The position numbers and the translations under genes were made by a program. From Camelus ferus (taxonomy: Eukaryota): DNA of 64,000 bases. Location: assembly GCF_009834535.1 (NCBI RefSeq), contig NC_045696.1:64916001-64980000 (forward strand), read 5' to 3'. The notes beneath the pieces were generated by a model. That model did not search any database, was not told the DNA's origin, and worked only from the letters and a program-made list of their open reading frames with translations. Below, in pieces: positions 40,837-55,149 of the stretch. Positions within the stretch are counted from its first letter, which is position 1. Each line of letters starts with the position of its first letter.

Positions 40837-43724
40837 AAATCAGGATCAGTAAAATAACATTTGAGTTACAGTGTCAGCCTAAATTGAGTGAAATCATGAA
40901 TGTTCCCTTTGTGGCTTCTTCACTGGCTTTCCACTATTTAAACATAATTGCTCATCAGTATTATGTGCATAGATTTTCAAAAGTGCTTTCCTGTTTTGGT
41001 GATTAATAATAGTGAAGTGCAAAGCTTTGATTGACATATCTAAACCATCTCAAGTTAACTAGCGTTGTCTGTGTGTAATTTTAACTGAGAAATAAAGGTT
41101 GTGTATTTTCTGGGTGGGGCATTTTGGCTTGGCTGAAAAAATTCTTTTAAGGCTCCCAAATTTATTTATTATAGTTCCATTTTTTTACAACTATTTAGAC
41201 TGTGGTTACTAGAAGTTCTCTTATGTCTTAAGAGCACCAATATTTTATAGGCTTACAGCCAGCAGCACCTAAGTACAGATGCTAGCTCTTCTTTGGCTGA
41301 CTTCGTGGCCCTGGCAAAACCACATTTCTGAGCTGAATGCAGTGCCTTCATATGTAAAGCTGGAGGCAGAATACAGGTGTGGAGTATATATATTTTTTCC
41401 ATTGAAGTTTCGTCATCATGATGGCAGGTCTCATGCCTGTCTTTGACACACTGCAGTGCCTGGAAGACAGGTGGTGAATCATGAATAAACCTAATAGGCC
41501 ATAGTGTCAATTTTGGCAACCGAGTGTTTGATGGGAAATTTGCAGAAGATACAAATTTGAAACCTTAAAACATGCAGAGATTTGGGGGAGGATGTGTTTG
41601 CCGATGGGTCTGGATTGACACCTGTGCTGCTCACTGAATTCTTCAAATGGACTGTGAGACAAGTCTTACCGTGTAAGACAAGTAGGCTGCAGTGGATGAG
41701 TGATGACAGGCATTTGCTTTCATTATCAATAGTGATATGCTTCATTTTTCATCTTATGGGGAAAAAAAGAATCACATTGAATTGACTTGTTAATTATGCA
41801 AGTTTTTGAACATCTTTGAAGTAACCTAGGAATATCAGGATTAAAAGCCCATGGCAGGATTTCTGCCAGAGCCAAGGCAAATATTTCTAGTGGCTCTTGC
41901 CAAAGAAAGGGGTCATCATGTTGCTCATTTTCACTATATTGAAAATTGACAATGTTTGCTATCAGCCAATGCTTGGAAGGAGAATTTTAAGGCTCTAAGC
42001 CCCAAACCACTACTCAGTCCCCTAAGTCAATAAATTCAGGGGGGAAAATAAATCGGACAGTTGAATTTTTGGACCAATTGTTTATAAAATAAGGCATTAG
42101 ACTGAAAGCCCTTAATCAACATAGACTAAAGTATGTTGATTTTTACATTACTTTTACTGTTTCATTTAAAAAATATATAGTCATTTTTGCTTACTGGATC
42201 TTAACTATGTAAAATGAAATACATTTTTTTTCGCCCATAACATTTTAAGAAGTTTAAGTTAAAATAATGAGATAAGGATGACCGAGGCATCACCCCCTAC
42301 CCCCATTATGAAAGCTCTAGATTTAGAGGTTTAATAACAATACCACCAGCACCAATAATACTTTGTGTTTTACTTTTATAGTTTAGCAAGTTTTTTTAAA
42401 AGATTAGTATCTTAATTGATCCACATAGTAAGTTAGTAAAACATTTAGAGCAGACACTAAGGCTCCCAGAGGTTACATTACTTAGAATCACCAAGGTCAC
42501 AAAGCTGTCAAATGTTAGAATTAGGGCTCATGACCTAGAGCTTTGTCCCCTGGACTAAAGCTTAGTCCTCATTTCAGGACTTAAAGCTAAAGAAGTAGAG
42601 ACAGTCACTTTTCCCTTAATTTTTGTAAGAAATGCTGTTTTAGAAAGTTAAATTCAATGACCACAATTGCTTTAGCTTCTCCTGTGCAATGCACTCTGGA
42701 TAAGAACAAACAAATGAACATATTTCATACTCTTGAAGAATTCCTAGTTTGCAGGGAGGCTCAGGCAAACACATGAAATATGAAAAAGCAACATGATAAG
42801 TGCTGTGTACGGAATGCTGTGGAATTAGGATGAGGGAACAATTAATTTGCCTGACTGAGTACCCTGTCATACCATAATTTATAACTGCTTTTGTGTTGGA
42901 GGATTTAAGAGCTGAGACTATCTCCTAGTTTGCTGATTATTCAATAATAATATTTTCCTGTTGAAAATGGGGAGGGGGAAGAACTGACCTTATTAAAGGA
43001 TAAATAATTGCTAGGAATAAATACTAATTTCATGACTAACAAAAAAAAAACAATTGAATGACCTACAAAAATTATCATGAACGTTGCAATTACAAATGTT
43101 ATTGCGAGAAACTATAGGATTCAAGGGGAAAATAACCCAGTACCAACTTAATTTTAGGTTAAGATTTTGTTGAATGGGGTGTTATTCACATTTGAACAAA
43201 GCATCTTTATTGAGAACGTTTTGAAGTGTGGGAAATGGTTTGAATTTTTGAGACAATCTTATTGAGAGTGCACAGATTATAAACCCAAGTATCTCTGTTC
43301 TATCTTAGTATATTGCATTATAAATTTATTTGGGGTTTTAGCGGGTCATAAAATATGTTTCTTTCATTGCCTATTTTGCAAATCAACCCAGAGTTTCAAA
43401 ATACAAATGTACCCTTTTATATCTGTTCATTATTACAAGCAATAAGAATCTGTCCTTAGAAGTTACTTGAGAGGATACTGGCTTTACCTGCTGTAAAGAA
43501 GAGTTTGTAATGAACTTTTGTCTCCTCTCTCCTTCCCTCCTTCCCTCCCTCCCTCTCTATCTCCCTATTTCGCTTCCTCTTCTTTGCATCTTCACTGATT
43601 GTCACATTAAATGCTTTCTGATGTGTTTTGGATTGCTTGTACTTTTTTGCCACTGGGATAACTTGTGTGGATAATAGGTCGAAATCAAGTTGAATAAGAA
43701 CATAGCACTTTTATTTCACTTAGC

Positions 43725-44085
43725 AGACAGAGAAAGATAAAGATTGTATTTTACTTGTATGTGACATCTAAAAAATAAAACAAACTAGAGACTATAACAA
43801 AAAAGGAACAGACTGTAGTTACAGATAGAGAGAACAAACTGGTGGTTACCAGTGGGGAGAGGGGAGGGGGAGGGGCAAGATAGGAGTAGGGGATTAAGAG
43901 GCACAAACTTTTATGTATAAAATAAATAAGCTACAAGGATGTATTGTACAACATAGAGAATATAGCCAGTATTTTGTAGTAAGTATAAAAAGAATATAAT
44001 TGTTAAAAATTTTGAATCACTATGTTATATGCCTATAACTTATGTAATATTTTATACCAACTATATTTCAATAGGAAATGAAAAG
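43725..44085 (+). mobile_element. L1 3' UTR fragment
   Basis: gagaacaaactggtggttaccagtggggagagggg...taagctacaaggatgtattgtacaacatag. Confidence 0.82.
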
Positions 44086-44262
44086 AACAAGACCTAGCTC
44101 ACAGAGCTGTCCCCAAAATTAAAATAAAAAAGGACATAGCACTCTTACACAGTTCTTTTTTCCAGTCCAATATAATTGTACAAGATGTCTGGTATCTTGG
44201 TTGTAAAAGATTCCCCAGACTCTCTTCTTCCTCTTCATTTTCTCCAAAACCTGCATCACCCT

Positions 44263-44321
44263 ACACACAACACACACACAGACGTGCACACACACACACA
44301 CATCCACACACACACACACAC
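44263..44321. repeat. Interrupted (CA)n microsatellite
   Basis: CA runs with interruptions. Confidence 0.88.
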
Positions 44322-45639
44322 CAGCCCCATGCACCCTATGCTCTACCCTCTCAAACTTTGAATCACATAGGCTTTCTGGGTTTCCTTTTAGATTCCATAT
44401 TTGAATATATTCTATGTGTGGTAAATATTATCTGTGATTTTTTTTCTTACTTGATTAATTATGGAAATATGACCTAGAAAAGCTATGAATAAGCAGACTT
44501 AAAGAGGAACCACTGCTGATTCATTTATCTATTTGGCAAATATTGAATAGTGGCTTCTAAGACCAAGAGGCTGTGCTAGGCATTGAGGGTAATAATAAAA
44601 TTTCCTGTGCCTTCAACTTGCCCACAGAAGAGTGAGAGCCTCAGAGAGACTCATGGATGAAGGTGTATTCCCCAGGGACCACATCTGTTGGATGTGTCAC
44701 TATTTTCCTAGTCTAAGTACAGCATGGGGCCTATACTAAGTGCTCAACAAATATTTATGGAAAGAATAAATGACGTTTGAATCAAGGACATCACAGAGAT
44801 ATTTATGAGGAACTATGTGCGAGTTAGCTAACTAAGGTTGTGGAATCTCACCCCAAAGTTTTGGATGGCACTGTTCATTCCTTTTATTTATTTACTTTGT
44901 TCCCCTGCCCTGCCCCCAATTAGAACTCCTTATATCTTGAAATAAAGTCAGATAGTCAAGTATTTAGTTTTTTTCTTTAAGCAACATTCTGCATGTCAAA
45001 ATAGCTAGCCTTTTCTCAGATGCCTGAAAATAAAGTAGACATTCAAGGAATATAATCTCTTTAGTTTTTCCTTTCTCATGAGTTACTTTTCTTTCATTCT
45101 CTACTTCCACTTAAACTTCAACCTGACACTGATTTAAGTTTTGTAGGTCTTAAAACTTATATATTTTGGGCCCCCCCTCCTTTGAAAAAATAAATAAATA
45201 TAGTATAGTGAAATGAAATTTAGGTACAAAAATGAGTAAGGTGAGAAAATTAATCACAAAAGATTACATTTTAAAGAGCTGAAACCTATCACAAAAGAGA
45301 TAAAGTCCGAGGAAATAATAAAATACTTTAATTAGTTATTTGATGGGTACAAGTCTGTACATTTATTTTCCATTATTTTGTATGTATAATCTTTGATCAT
45401 CTTTTCATAGAACACTTTTATATTACTTGTAGAAAAATAATTCAATCTTTTCCTGTAGCATGATGAATCAAAATTGATCCTTTATTATTATTTTTAACTT
45501 ACAGAAGTTTAGCTTCATAGCTTTTAATTGCTCATTTTATGTACATGTTGAGGATTGTTACCAAATTTGAGAATTTTTTGGGTGTAAGATTTCAGGGCAT
45601 TTCAAATGCCACCACCCAGCTCCCCCAGTAAATAACTTT

Positions 45640-46370
45640 TGCTACTCATTTATATGTTACTACAATAATGCTGTGTATCCAACAATCACATAGCCTCATT
45701 TGCATGCGGGAGTAATGTTGATGTCTCTGGTGTTTGGGGTCTGATCTTGTCTGGGTTACAGATCTGGGGGTTAACTATCCACTGGTTAATCTAGAAGTGC
45801 TATTTTCCTTATATCAAGAGGAAGTAAGAATCAGTTGCTCATGTGATTAAATTTTGGACTCCAGATCCAGACTACCTGAGTTTGACATCTGAATCTTCCA
45901 CTGAGGAGCTTAAACCCTCTGTACCTCATAATCCTCATCAGTGGCCCTGACAGTGCCTACTTTATTGGTTTTTATGAGAATTAAACCTTTGACTAGAACT
46001 GTACCTATGATAACTGATGTATGTCTTTTTGTTAAGTACATGATAAATTTTAAGACATGGACTCCTGAGGCAGCTCTGTTATGCTCTAGTCATCTTCCAT
46101 CCTTTACCTGGGACCAGTGGGTTGGTCTGTGCATGTTCCTCTCAATGCAGTGGCAGAGGGGAAATGCACAAACTGGCCTACATGAGCCCTTTGTTGAATC
46201 TGCTTGCGTCTGCTAACAGCCTATTGGCCAATAGAAGTCACATGGCTGAGCACAGTTGTAAGGGATAGGGCAGAATGTCCTTCCAGAGCATCGCACATTT
46301 ATATGGCAGAGCACATAGATACAGGGAGAAGTGGAGACTTGGATGTATCAATGCAGTTCGTCTACTAGTT
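45640..46370 (-). mobile_element. Old MaLR LTR (MLT1-like) interrupted by a MIR at ~45840-46040
   Basis: cctattggccaatagaagtcacatggc and atgctgtgtatccaacaatcac motifs. Confidence 0.5.
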
Positions 46371-46397
46371 CCTTTTTTAACCATTTCCTTCTCTATT

Positions 46398-47725
46398 TAA
46401 AAATAGCTCTATTGAAGTATAATTGATATACCAAAAGATCCCTGATTATTTAATATATACAATCTGATAAGTTTCGACATATGCATACACTTATGAAACC
46501 ATCACTACAATCAAGGTTATAAACATAGCCATTAATTCCAAAACCTTTCTCATGTTCCCCTGCTTTTTTTTTTCCTTGTAAGAACACTTAACATGAGATC
46601 TACTCTCTAAACAAATTTTTTAAGTGCGTAGTATAGTATTGGTAACTCTAGGTACTGTGTTGTGTAGCAAATTTCTAGAACTTATTTGTCTTGCCTAGTT
46701 GAAACTTTATAACTATTGAGCAACAGCTACCCATTTCTCCCTCCCTTTAGTTCCCGATAGCTGCCTTTCTACTCTCCAATTTCATGAATTTGATTATTTT
46801 AGATGCTTTTTATCATTGGGATACTGCAATATTTGTTTTACCCGGAGTGGCATATTTCACTTAGTATGGTGGCCTCCAGGTTTATCTATGTTGTTGCATA
46901 TGACAGGATTCCCTTCCTTTTAATGCTAACTAATATTCCATTATATGTTTATATCACATTTTCTTTATCTACTCATCCATCCATGGACACTTAAGTTGTT
47001 TCCATGTTTTGGCGATTGTGAATAATGCTGCAGTGAACATAGGAGGGCAGACATAGCCCCCAGATCCTGACTTCAGTTCTTTTGGCTATATCCCAGGAGT
47101 GAGATTACTAGATCATGTAGTGGTTCTAGATCTAATTTTTTGAAGATCTCCATACTCTTTTCATAATAGCTGCACCATTTTACATCCATACCAACAGTGC
47201 ACAAAGTTTCCAATTTCTCCATATCTTCATTAACACTTGCTATATTCTATATTTTTTCTTTTTTTTTGGATAGTAGTCATTCTAACTGGTGATAATCTCG
47301 TTGTGGTTTTTTTTTTTTTTTTTTGCTATTGAGTTGTACTTAAGTATTTAGGATATTAACTCTTTATCAGATGCATGGTTTGCAGATATTTTCTCCCATT
47401 CCTTAGGTTGCCTTTTCATTCTGTTGATTGCTTCCTTTGCTGCACCAAAGCTTTTAAGTTTGATGTAGTCCTACTTGTCTATTTTTGCTTTTGTTGCCTG
47501 AGCTTCTGGTGTCATACTCAAGAAATCACTGCCAAAATCAATGTCACGAAGCTTTTCCCCTATGTTTTCTTCCAGCACTTTTACAGTTTCAGGTGTTATG
47601 TTTAGATCTATAATCCATTTTGAGTTGACTTTTGTGTGTGATATATAATAAGGGTCCAATTTCATCCTTTTAGATATGGATATCCAGTTTTCCTAACACC
47701 ATTTGTTCAATAAACTACACTTTCC
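46398..47725 (-). mobile_element. L1 (L1MA-like) ORF2 3' end and 3' UTR, internally deleted
   Basis: Minus ORF 47471-47665 MKLDPY..TKVNSKWIIDLN..ETVKVLEENIGEKLRDI is L1 ORF2p. Confidence 0.9.
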
Positions 47726-49711
47726 CTTTATTATCTTTTTTAAAATAACCATTTCCACTTCATTGTTTCATTTTTCAAAATATAAGAGTCAGATTTACAT
47801 AAAGTTTAGAATGAGACACTCTATTTGGAAAGGATGAGATTGAAATGCTCAAATGTCACATTAGATGTTTGCGCTCTTATTTGTCTTTAGTCAGTGAATG
47901 TTTACTGGGATCTTTAATAGAAGCAGAATAGATATTACCCTGCTTATTTATTATCTATCTCCTTTTCTCTTTCTCTCTGTGTTTCTGTCTCTTTCTCTCT
48001 TCCTCCCCCCATTCACTCCTTTTTCCCATATTATACAAGTGTGATTTAGACGTGATCCTTACTTTGGAAAGCTTATGAACTAGTTGTGGTTGGGAAACAA
48101 AATACATTTTTAAAGAAGAAAATTAAAAATTGTGATTAAATATAGTCTGGATCTAGGGCCAGGACAGCTGAGAAGTGAGAGAGAAGCACTTGATCTTTGG
48201 TGTATCATTTCAAGCACAGCAGGGGATTCAGTATGAAGATGTGGGGAATGACATTCCCAGCAGAGACTGTGTAGAAAGCAAAAACACAAGGTTAAAAGGT
48301 AGGAAGAGGAAGATCAAATTACTAGAAGCAGTAAGTAAGTATATTAATGTGAGTAGTGCCATGTAGCAGAAATGTATGCTGTGTCTATTTTTATATATAT
48401 AACCTTGAATATTTGGCTGAGATGCTTTAAGTTTTTAATTTCTTTTTTTATCTTAAAAAACACTTTTATTCCAATAAGAAAACCTAAGATTCTAGAAATA
48501 ATTTTTTGGGTCATCTCTTTTCATGATGCTTATAATCAATAACATTTATTAAATACAAGATATGTACATAGAACTGGAGACGTTGCAGAGACACTCAAGA
48601 GTCTTGCATTTTAAGGATGGAGACAGGTGTGTAAACAAATAACTATTGTACTCTGTTCCAAATGCCGTTAAACAGAGATATATCCATGAAATAAACAACT
48701 ATGGAAAAGGAAACAACTATCTCTGAAGGGTTAGAGTAAGACTTATGATGTGGTTAAATAGAAAAGACAGGCTTCCCAAAAAGAGAAGAAAAAAGAAAGA
48801 AAAAAAAACCCCAGCCTAGTGGAAATCAAGGGGGGAACCTAGGAAATGGCAGAAAACTCTGTGAAGCTGCTTATGATGAATGGGATGAATGACAGGTGAT
48901 AAACTTGTAGCGTGGCTTCGATCTAGGTTATAAAGAGTGTTGAGGGTCAGAGTAAATACTTTGGATCCATCTTGTAGACAATGAGTATTCACTAGAGGAA
49001 TTACGCAGGGGACTAAAGCAGGGAAATGGAAGGAATAGGTGCTTGGGACTTGGAAGAATGGCGTGACCCACTTACTATGAATTGGGACAGTGGCTTTGAG
49101 GATGGAGAGGAAAACTGGAGATTCAGGAGGAATCTCACTGAGTAAGAAAAGGCTCATGTGAGCTAGAGCCAGTGTGCTATGCTGAAGATAAATTATACAT
49201 AAGGGTAAGTCATTTGCCAGTTTTTAAGATTGTAGGGGCAGATTCAAACCCTCCCAAAGAGAATAGCTTTTAGCTTTTACCACTAAAAACTCTCGTTCCA
49301 AACTTGTTTACTGATTTTTTTTTTTAAATAGACTTGCTAAGTCTCCCAAAGCATACCATCTAAAAGCCATTATCACCTTATGGTTCATATAAAACTTTCA
49401 CACAGGTTTCTTGTTTTTGTCCCTACCTAACTTTAGTAGTTTTCTCACTCCCCTCAGATAGGAAAAGCTTTATAGTTGCTTTTTTTAGACTCCTATTTTA
49501 GCTAAATGAACCAATGTTCTTAGCATTTGTCCTGGGAAATCTTTACTATCGAAAGACGTTACGCACAATTTGGGGTTTCATTTCTCTTTCTCATAAGAAC
49601 CATCATTGAACTTGATACCTTCCAGTGGTTGCATTTATTTTGCAATATCTAAGTACCTTACATGTAGTTTGTACCTTACATTTGGTTAATTCTGCTTTCA
49701 TTAACAATCTC

Positions 49712-50140
49712 TATCAGTTAGGATTCAGGCTGGCTCTGTGTGGCAGAGGCCAAAATAACAAGAACTTATTTTTCTCACATAAAAGCTAGACCTGGGTAAT
49801 TGAAAGTTGGACTCCTGCTATTGCTCTACGAAGTCCTCGGGGACCCAAGTCCTTGCCTGCCACCACTCCCTCAAGAGTGGCTCTTGTTTTCATGGCCTGA
49901 GGTGATCTGGACACCCCACCCCGATCCCCATCTAAACAGCAATAAGGCAAAGGGTAAGAGGGCAAAGGACAACTATAAGTTGTTTTTAAGGGAGGGGTCT
50001 TCACGAGTACAAAGACCTTTCTGCCTGCATCTCACTGGCCAGTACTGAGTCCATAGCCACAGTTGGTTTACAGGATATGTAGGGGAACGTAGACAAAGTG
50101 TCTATTACTTTCCAAGAAGGTGAGGATGGATATTAGGTGA
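49712..50140 (-). mobile_element. Old MaLR LTR (MLT1J/K-like)
   Basis: tatcagttaggattcaggctggct...tttttctcacata...atctcactggccagtactgagtccatagcc. Confidence 0.55.
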
Positions 50141-52271
50141 AATTAAACTTAAAAGGGACAGAGGTGGAAATAGGATATTTTGGGTAGATAACCACATTAG
50201 AGAGCCAGAAAAAATCTTTGTTCAGTTGCATTTCCACCTGGGTTACCTCTCTGAACCTGTTTGTGCTCAAAATATTAGGATAATCATTCTGTCCTAAATT
50301 CTACATAATTTTTGTGGTTGAGGGTCAAATGCAATGATGAATTTATCCACATTATCTTGTGTTGCACAAAGATAAAGTATTAATTTTAAATTACAAAGCA
50401 ATTTTCTAAATATAAACTCAATAGATATTAGTGGGGTGATATGTTAGTATCAGACCCTATGGTAACGTTACCTATAAAACAGAAGAATCATATATTAATG
50501 ACAAACATCTCTTAGAGAGAGAGAACATACCTCTGTTTATGAAACACCTTTCAGAACATAATAATACATTTGATCCTTCTGTCAATTCTGTGCAGTTAAG
50601 AATTATCATGTTCATTTTATAGATAGGAAAAATAAAGCAGAGAGGTTACATGAATGGTGCAAAGCCACATAGCTTCTGAGTGGTGAGTTTAGAAACTACG
50701 TTGTCTGCATATCTCTCCCACTTTTTTGTAATCTGTGTTGCTGCTTGAATCTGTGTATGACACACATCTTGTTGCCCATTTGGTAAAGTCTAGATCTCTA
50801 AGATTAGAGTGACAGACTCTCAGTTATTTATCGCTACTTATCTACATGGTGTTCTTTCCCATTTCTCCCCATTATGTATCAAATCCTCCAATCTCCCAGT
50901 TCCTTCCTGTACACATACATTGCTTCCTGTCCCACTGAAGTGTTTCTGATCTTAGCTTACTTAATTTCTGTCCTCTTTTTAAGTGTCACCTTGGGTCTCA
51001 TCTTCTCATATGATGCATTTCTTGAATACTTCAGGCCAGACAGATCTTCCATTTTCCTGAACTCCTGTAACATAGAGAATATATATAGAATGCATATATT
51101 ATGTTTAATTATAGAAATGCATTATACACTGTATCAGATTATTCCATATGTCTTAGGTTTCTCTCCCCAACTAGACTTTAAGGTCTTGTACTACTTAAGT
51201 TATTTTGGTAGCATAAAGACAGTGGTAAGAACATAGAAGGGACAAAAACTAGTATACATTCAGATTGATCCGGCTATTAATTCTCAAGCATTTGCTAAGA
51301 TCTAGTCTCAACTTTCATGACAAAAGAAGAAAAAGGATTCTAAGAGGCAAAGAGATGGGTCCAATGTCAAACATCTAGGAATTGAATCATGCTATATTAA
51401 ACCTGTGGTCTAAAGCTTGATCCTTTACAACTATCAAATGACTAAAACCAAATACTGTAATAATCTTATTTATCTTCTGGTATTTGAATACCTTCTCTGA
51501 GTAGACAAATAGACTGTTGTATGTTTTCAGTCATGGACAACCCAAATACTTAAAGTGTGTTCACATTTCATCTTGGGATACTGAGTTAAATTTATGAAGT
51601 TGATTTTTAATGGTTTTGTGCATAAATATACAAATATATGTATGTATTTCCCAAGATATAAAATATGTCCATTAGAGCTTAAGCTGTCTATCAATCATTG
51701 ATCCATCTATTTATCTATCTACATTTGCATGTAAAAATTGAAATATAAAGAGAACTGTTCTCTGGCCATTAGTGTGGTTAGGAATGAGTCAGTGGTTTTT
51801 GTAATCAACTTGTGTGCTCAAGACAGTGTTCAGGACCACAAGGAAAAGACTGAAAACAACAAGCCACAGTGAATGTTATAAAGATCATATTTTATTATTA
51901 TTTATGACTACAAACACATTTCTATGGTTGAGAGTTTTTTTGGCTCAAATTATTTGTTTGTTTTTTAAAAAAAAGTCATCTTACACTGTGTGAATGCATG
52001 TTCGTTTTGTAGAGCAGAGGTCCTGGGCTCTCAGATCCATGTGGGGGCCGCAGAGACCTGATGATCTAGTCCCTTTATTGCAAATGTGTTGATGTGATTT
52101 ACCTGAAAGTCACATGGGTAAGTAACTATGGTGCAGAGATGAGAGGCCAGTTCTCCTCACTCTTAGAGATCTTCTCTGTCTCTCTCTTTTTCTGCTACTT
52201 TCAATTCATAGATTTTAATCCTCAGAAGAGTCATCTTAAGAAGCAAGATGATTTATTCAAAAGGTTGTTGA

Positions 52272-52502
<231 letters not shown>

Positions 52503-55149
52503 TGAAGTCATTTTGTATTTCCTGACCCAGTATGTCAGGATTATTATGAGGGTTTTATAATGTACAATGTTAAAGATCATACCTCGTTAAGAAATACCTG
52601 AGACTCTTTGTGCAGTGTAAATTCTCTTTGTCTCACCTCCACGTCTAAAGGATAAGCTGTCTTTTGTATTTTACCTGTCTGTTTAATTCAATGGGTAAGA
52701 AACTTTTCCTTTCTCCTGCTAGTTCTCCTTAAAGCACAAAGGATGGTTTAAGAAGCTAAATTCTCAAATTTGTCTGGGAGTCTTCTCTGACTTATTGTGG
52801 TGAAAAAAATTTCAGAATAGATTGTGTTTTTGTTTGTATTTAATAAAACTGTGTAGTGCATAATATGTCAGATTCCCGAGATAACTGGTCACTTCAAAGT
52901 CAATGTGAGTTGATAGAATGAACTTAGGAATCGGGGCTGGGATATTTGAGTTTTATTTGCATTTCAGCGACAATTTTCCTTTGGGAAAGTCACCTCCTCT
53001 CTTTGACTGAATGTCTGGACCTTTAAAATGAGGGTGTTGGACCCCATGTTGTCTAACATCTCTTTTAAATCTAAAACTGACAAAATTAGGCAGCTTCAGT
53101 GGCTATATTATGAGCCCTGATGTATTTTAAAGTAGTTAACAGTCTCACTCTCAAGATAATAGTTTATGCATTAAGAGAATGCAGCTGCACTGTATCTTGT
53201 ATATAAAATTCCTTTTCTGCCCTAAGGGGATTACCTCTTCGTAGTTCATGAAGAAATATTCTTGAAAATCATGATTACAGATTTCCACCCTTTCTATGAT
53301 CCCAGTAAACAAGACAAGGTTATTCAGGAAGTTCACTTATGCCTACTAGATTCTCAATTAATTATTGTATAGCTTTTATTAAACTTTTTCCACATTCAAT
53401 TAAATGAATCTCTGGTACACTGCTTGCTTATTAGTAGTACACCAGTCATTCATATTAGAATTCTTAAAGTTGATATTTTACTCCTGAACATATTCATATC
53501 TGAATATGCATTTATATACCAGATGTGTGCATACACATTTTTTCAATGGTTCTACTCAAAATAATACTTAAATATGGATACATTTTGGGTCAAAACAATG
53601 GGCTTTCATTCTTAATGTGTCAAAATTCGAACAGTTCTTAATATTCAGTTATTGGGAGCCTGTATTTTAAATTGAGAATCAAAAAAAAGAAGAAGAAAGA
53701 TAACAGGTATTGTTTTGATTAATTCTAGTTAGTTAAAATTAAAAAAAATTTTTTTTTCAATGTAATACAAGCTAACACATTTAGGTGATCTTAGGATAGT
53801 GTTGATTTAAGAATTTAATCAGTCATCAGACAGCTAAAGGTAGACTATATTTATAAGTTCATTATTCATTTTTATATTTACTTAAAAGGTCATAATTCCA
53901 CAAAAACAGCACAGTTCAAATTTTTGAACAAGAACTCATTTCCAAAGGTCTGGGAAGAAGAAAAACACAGAGAGTCTGACAGTATTGTAGCAGGAGGCAG
54001 TTGTGTTGGGGTGAGCGTGTGTGTGTGTATGTGTGTGTGTGTTTGAAAGGGATGGGGACCAGGAGGGGTCACTCATATTGGGTGCAATCCCCAAGTTTCT
54101 GGCAGAGGAGCCTGGATGTTTAGCATGACATAACTGAACTTCCTATCTGTCAGCCTTTTTAGAGATGCGGTCTTTCTTTCTTACTCAGAACTAGGCTTAA
54201 GATACTGGGGGCTTTGAGCTCATAAGAGAGGTTTTAAGGACCTCTCTTGACTAGAGAATTGTACTGTAGGCGCTTTTTTGTAAAGGCGCTAACGCCTTAG
54301 TAAAGCCAACAATCACCTATTGCGTTACCTGCTTTGGGTACCTAGAGTTTCAGTCTTCCTCTCGCTTAAATTTGCATCATACCGCGAATTGCAACTGCTT
54401 TTCCCTGTATGGTACTGTGAGGCTACTGGAACAATTTTTCTTAATTATAAGCCTGGCGTCAATGACCTAGATCATTGGGGTCCCTATTCAGAATCACTCT
54501 CTTTCTGGATAGGACTAACTACTAGGAAATGCTGGGTTTTAATTTTAAACAGTAAGCATAGACCTGAAGATTTTGTTATAGGACTAAATGTGGGGGCAAT
54601 ACTGGGAGAGGCAGACCTGAAAGAGAATTGGGTATCAAGACTTCATTGTCCTTGTCTTATGGCTTGTCTGTGTGGCATGTCTCAGCAAGAGAGCAGGAGC
54701 GTGGCTGGTAGCCTTGCGGTGAATTCAGAACAAGCTGCTACAGGCTTTCTTGAGGTGCTTTTAGGACACATAAAGGCTTGAAGTTATTTGAAAAGCAGTT
54801 GCCTACTTCATGTTAAACAGTGTAGCTGAGCACACGAATAAAGGCCATACCTTGGAATTTATGGTGAGGATGGGAGTTCCCGTGGTATGTCTCTGAGGGC
54901 AAGCCCCAGAGATCCTAAAGAAGCAATATTAGACCCTAAGAGAAATTCACAAATGGTACCTGAATTCATATTTTAGCCAAGAATTAATTCTTTTGTTACT
55001 TCTGATCCACTTCCTGCCCTTACAAAAGAAGAGAGTAGTAAAGATGAAGTGACAGGTAGCAGAGAGCTAAAGTTTCAGGATGCATTCCGAAAATCTTTGT
55101 TTTAATATGTGAGTTTAATCTATAAGCCGCCGTTGAGATTGTTGATGCT

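Noticed and set aside
42115..42140. 9-bp perfect hairpin atcaacata-N8-tatgttgat
   Set aside because: A short AT-rich stem like this is expected by chance in 64 kb.
47471..47665. Protein-like minus-strand ORF
   Set aside because: Remnant of L1 ORF2p in a truncated element, not a host gene.
54320..54781. Longest ORF in the window (153 aa)
   Set aside because: TTG start, no recognisable domain and no exon structure; this length is plausible by chance.
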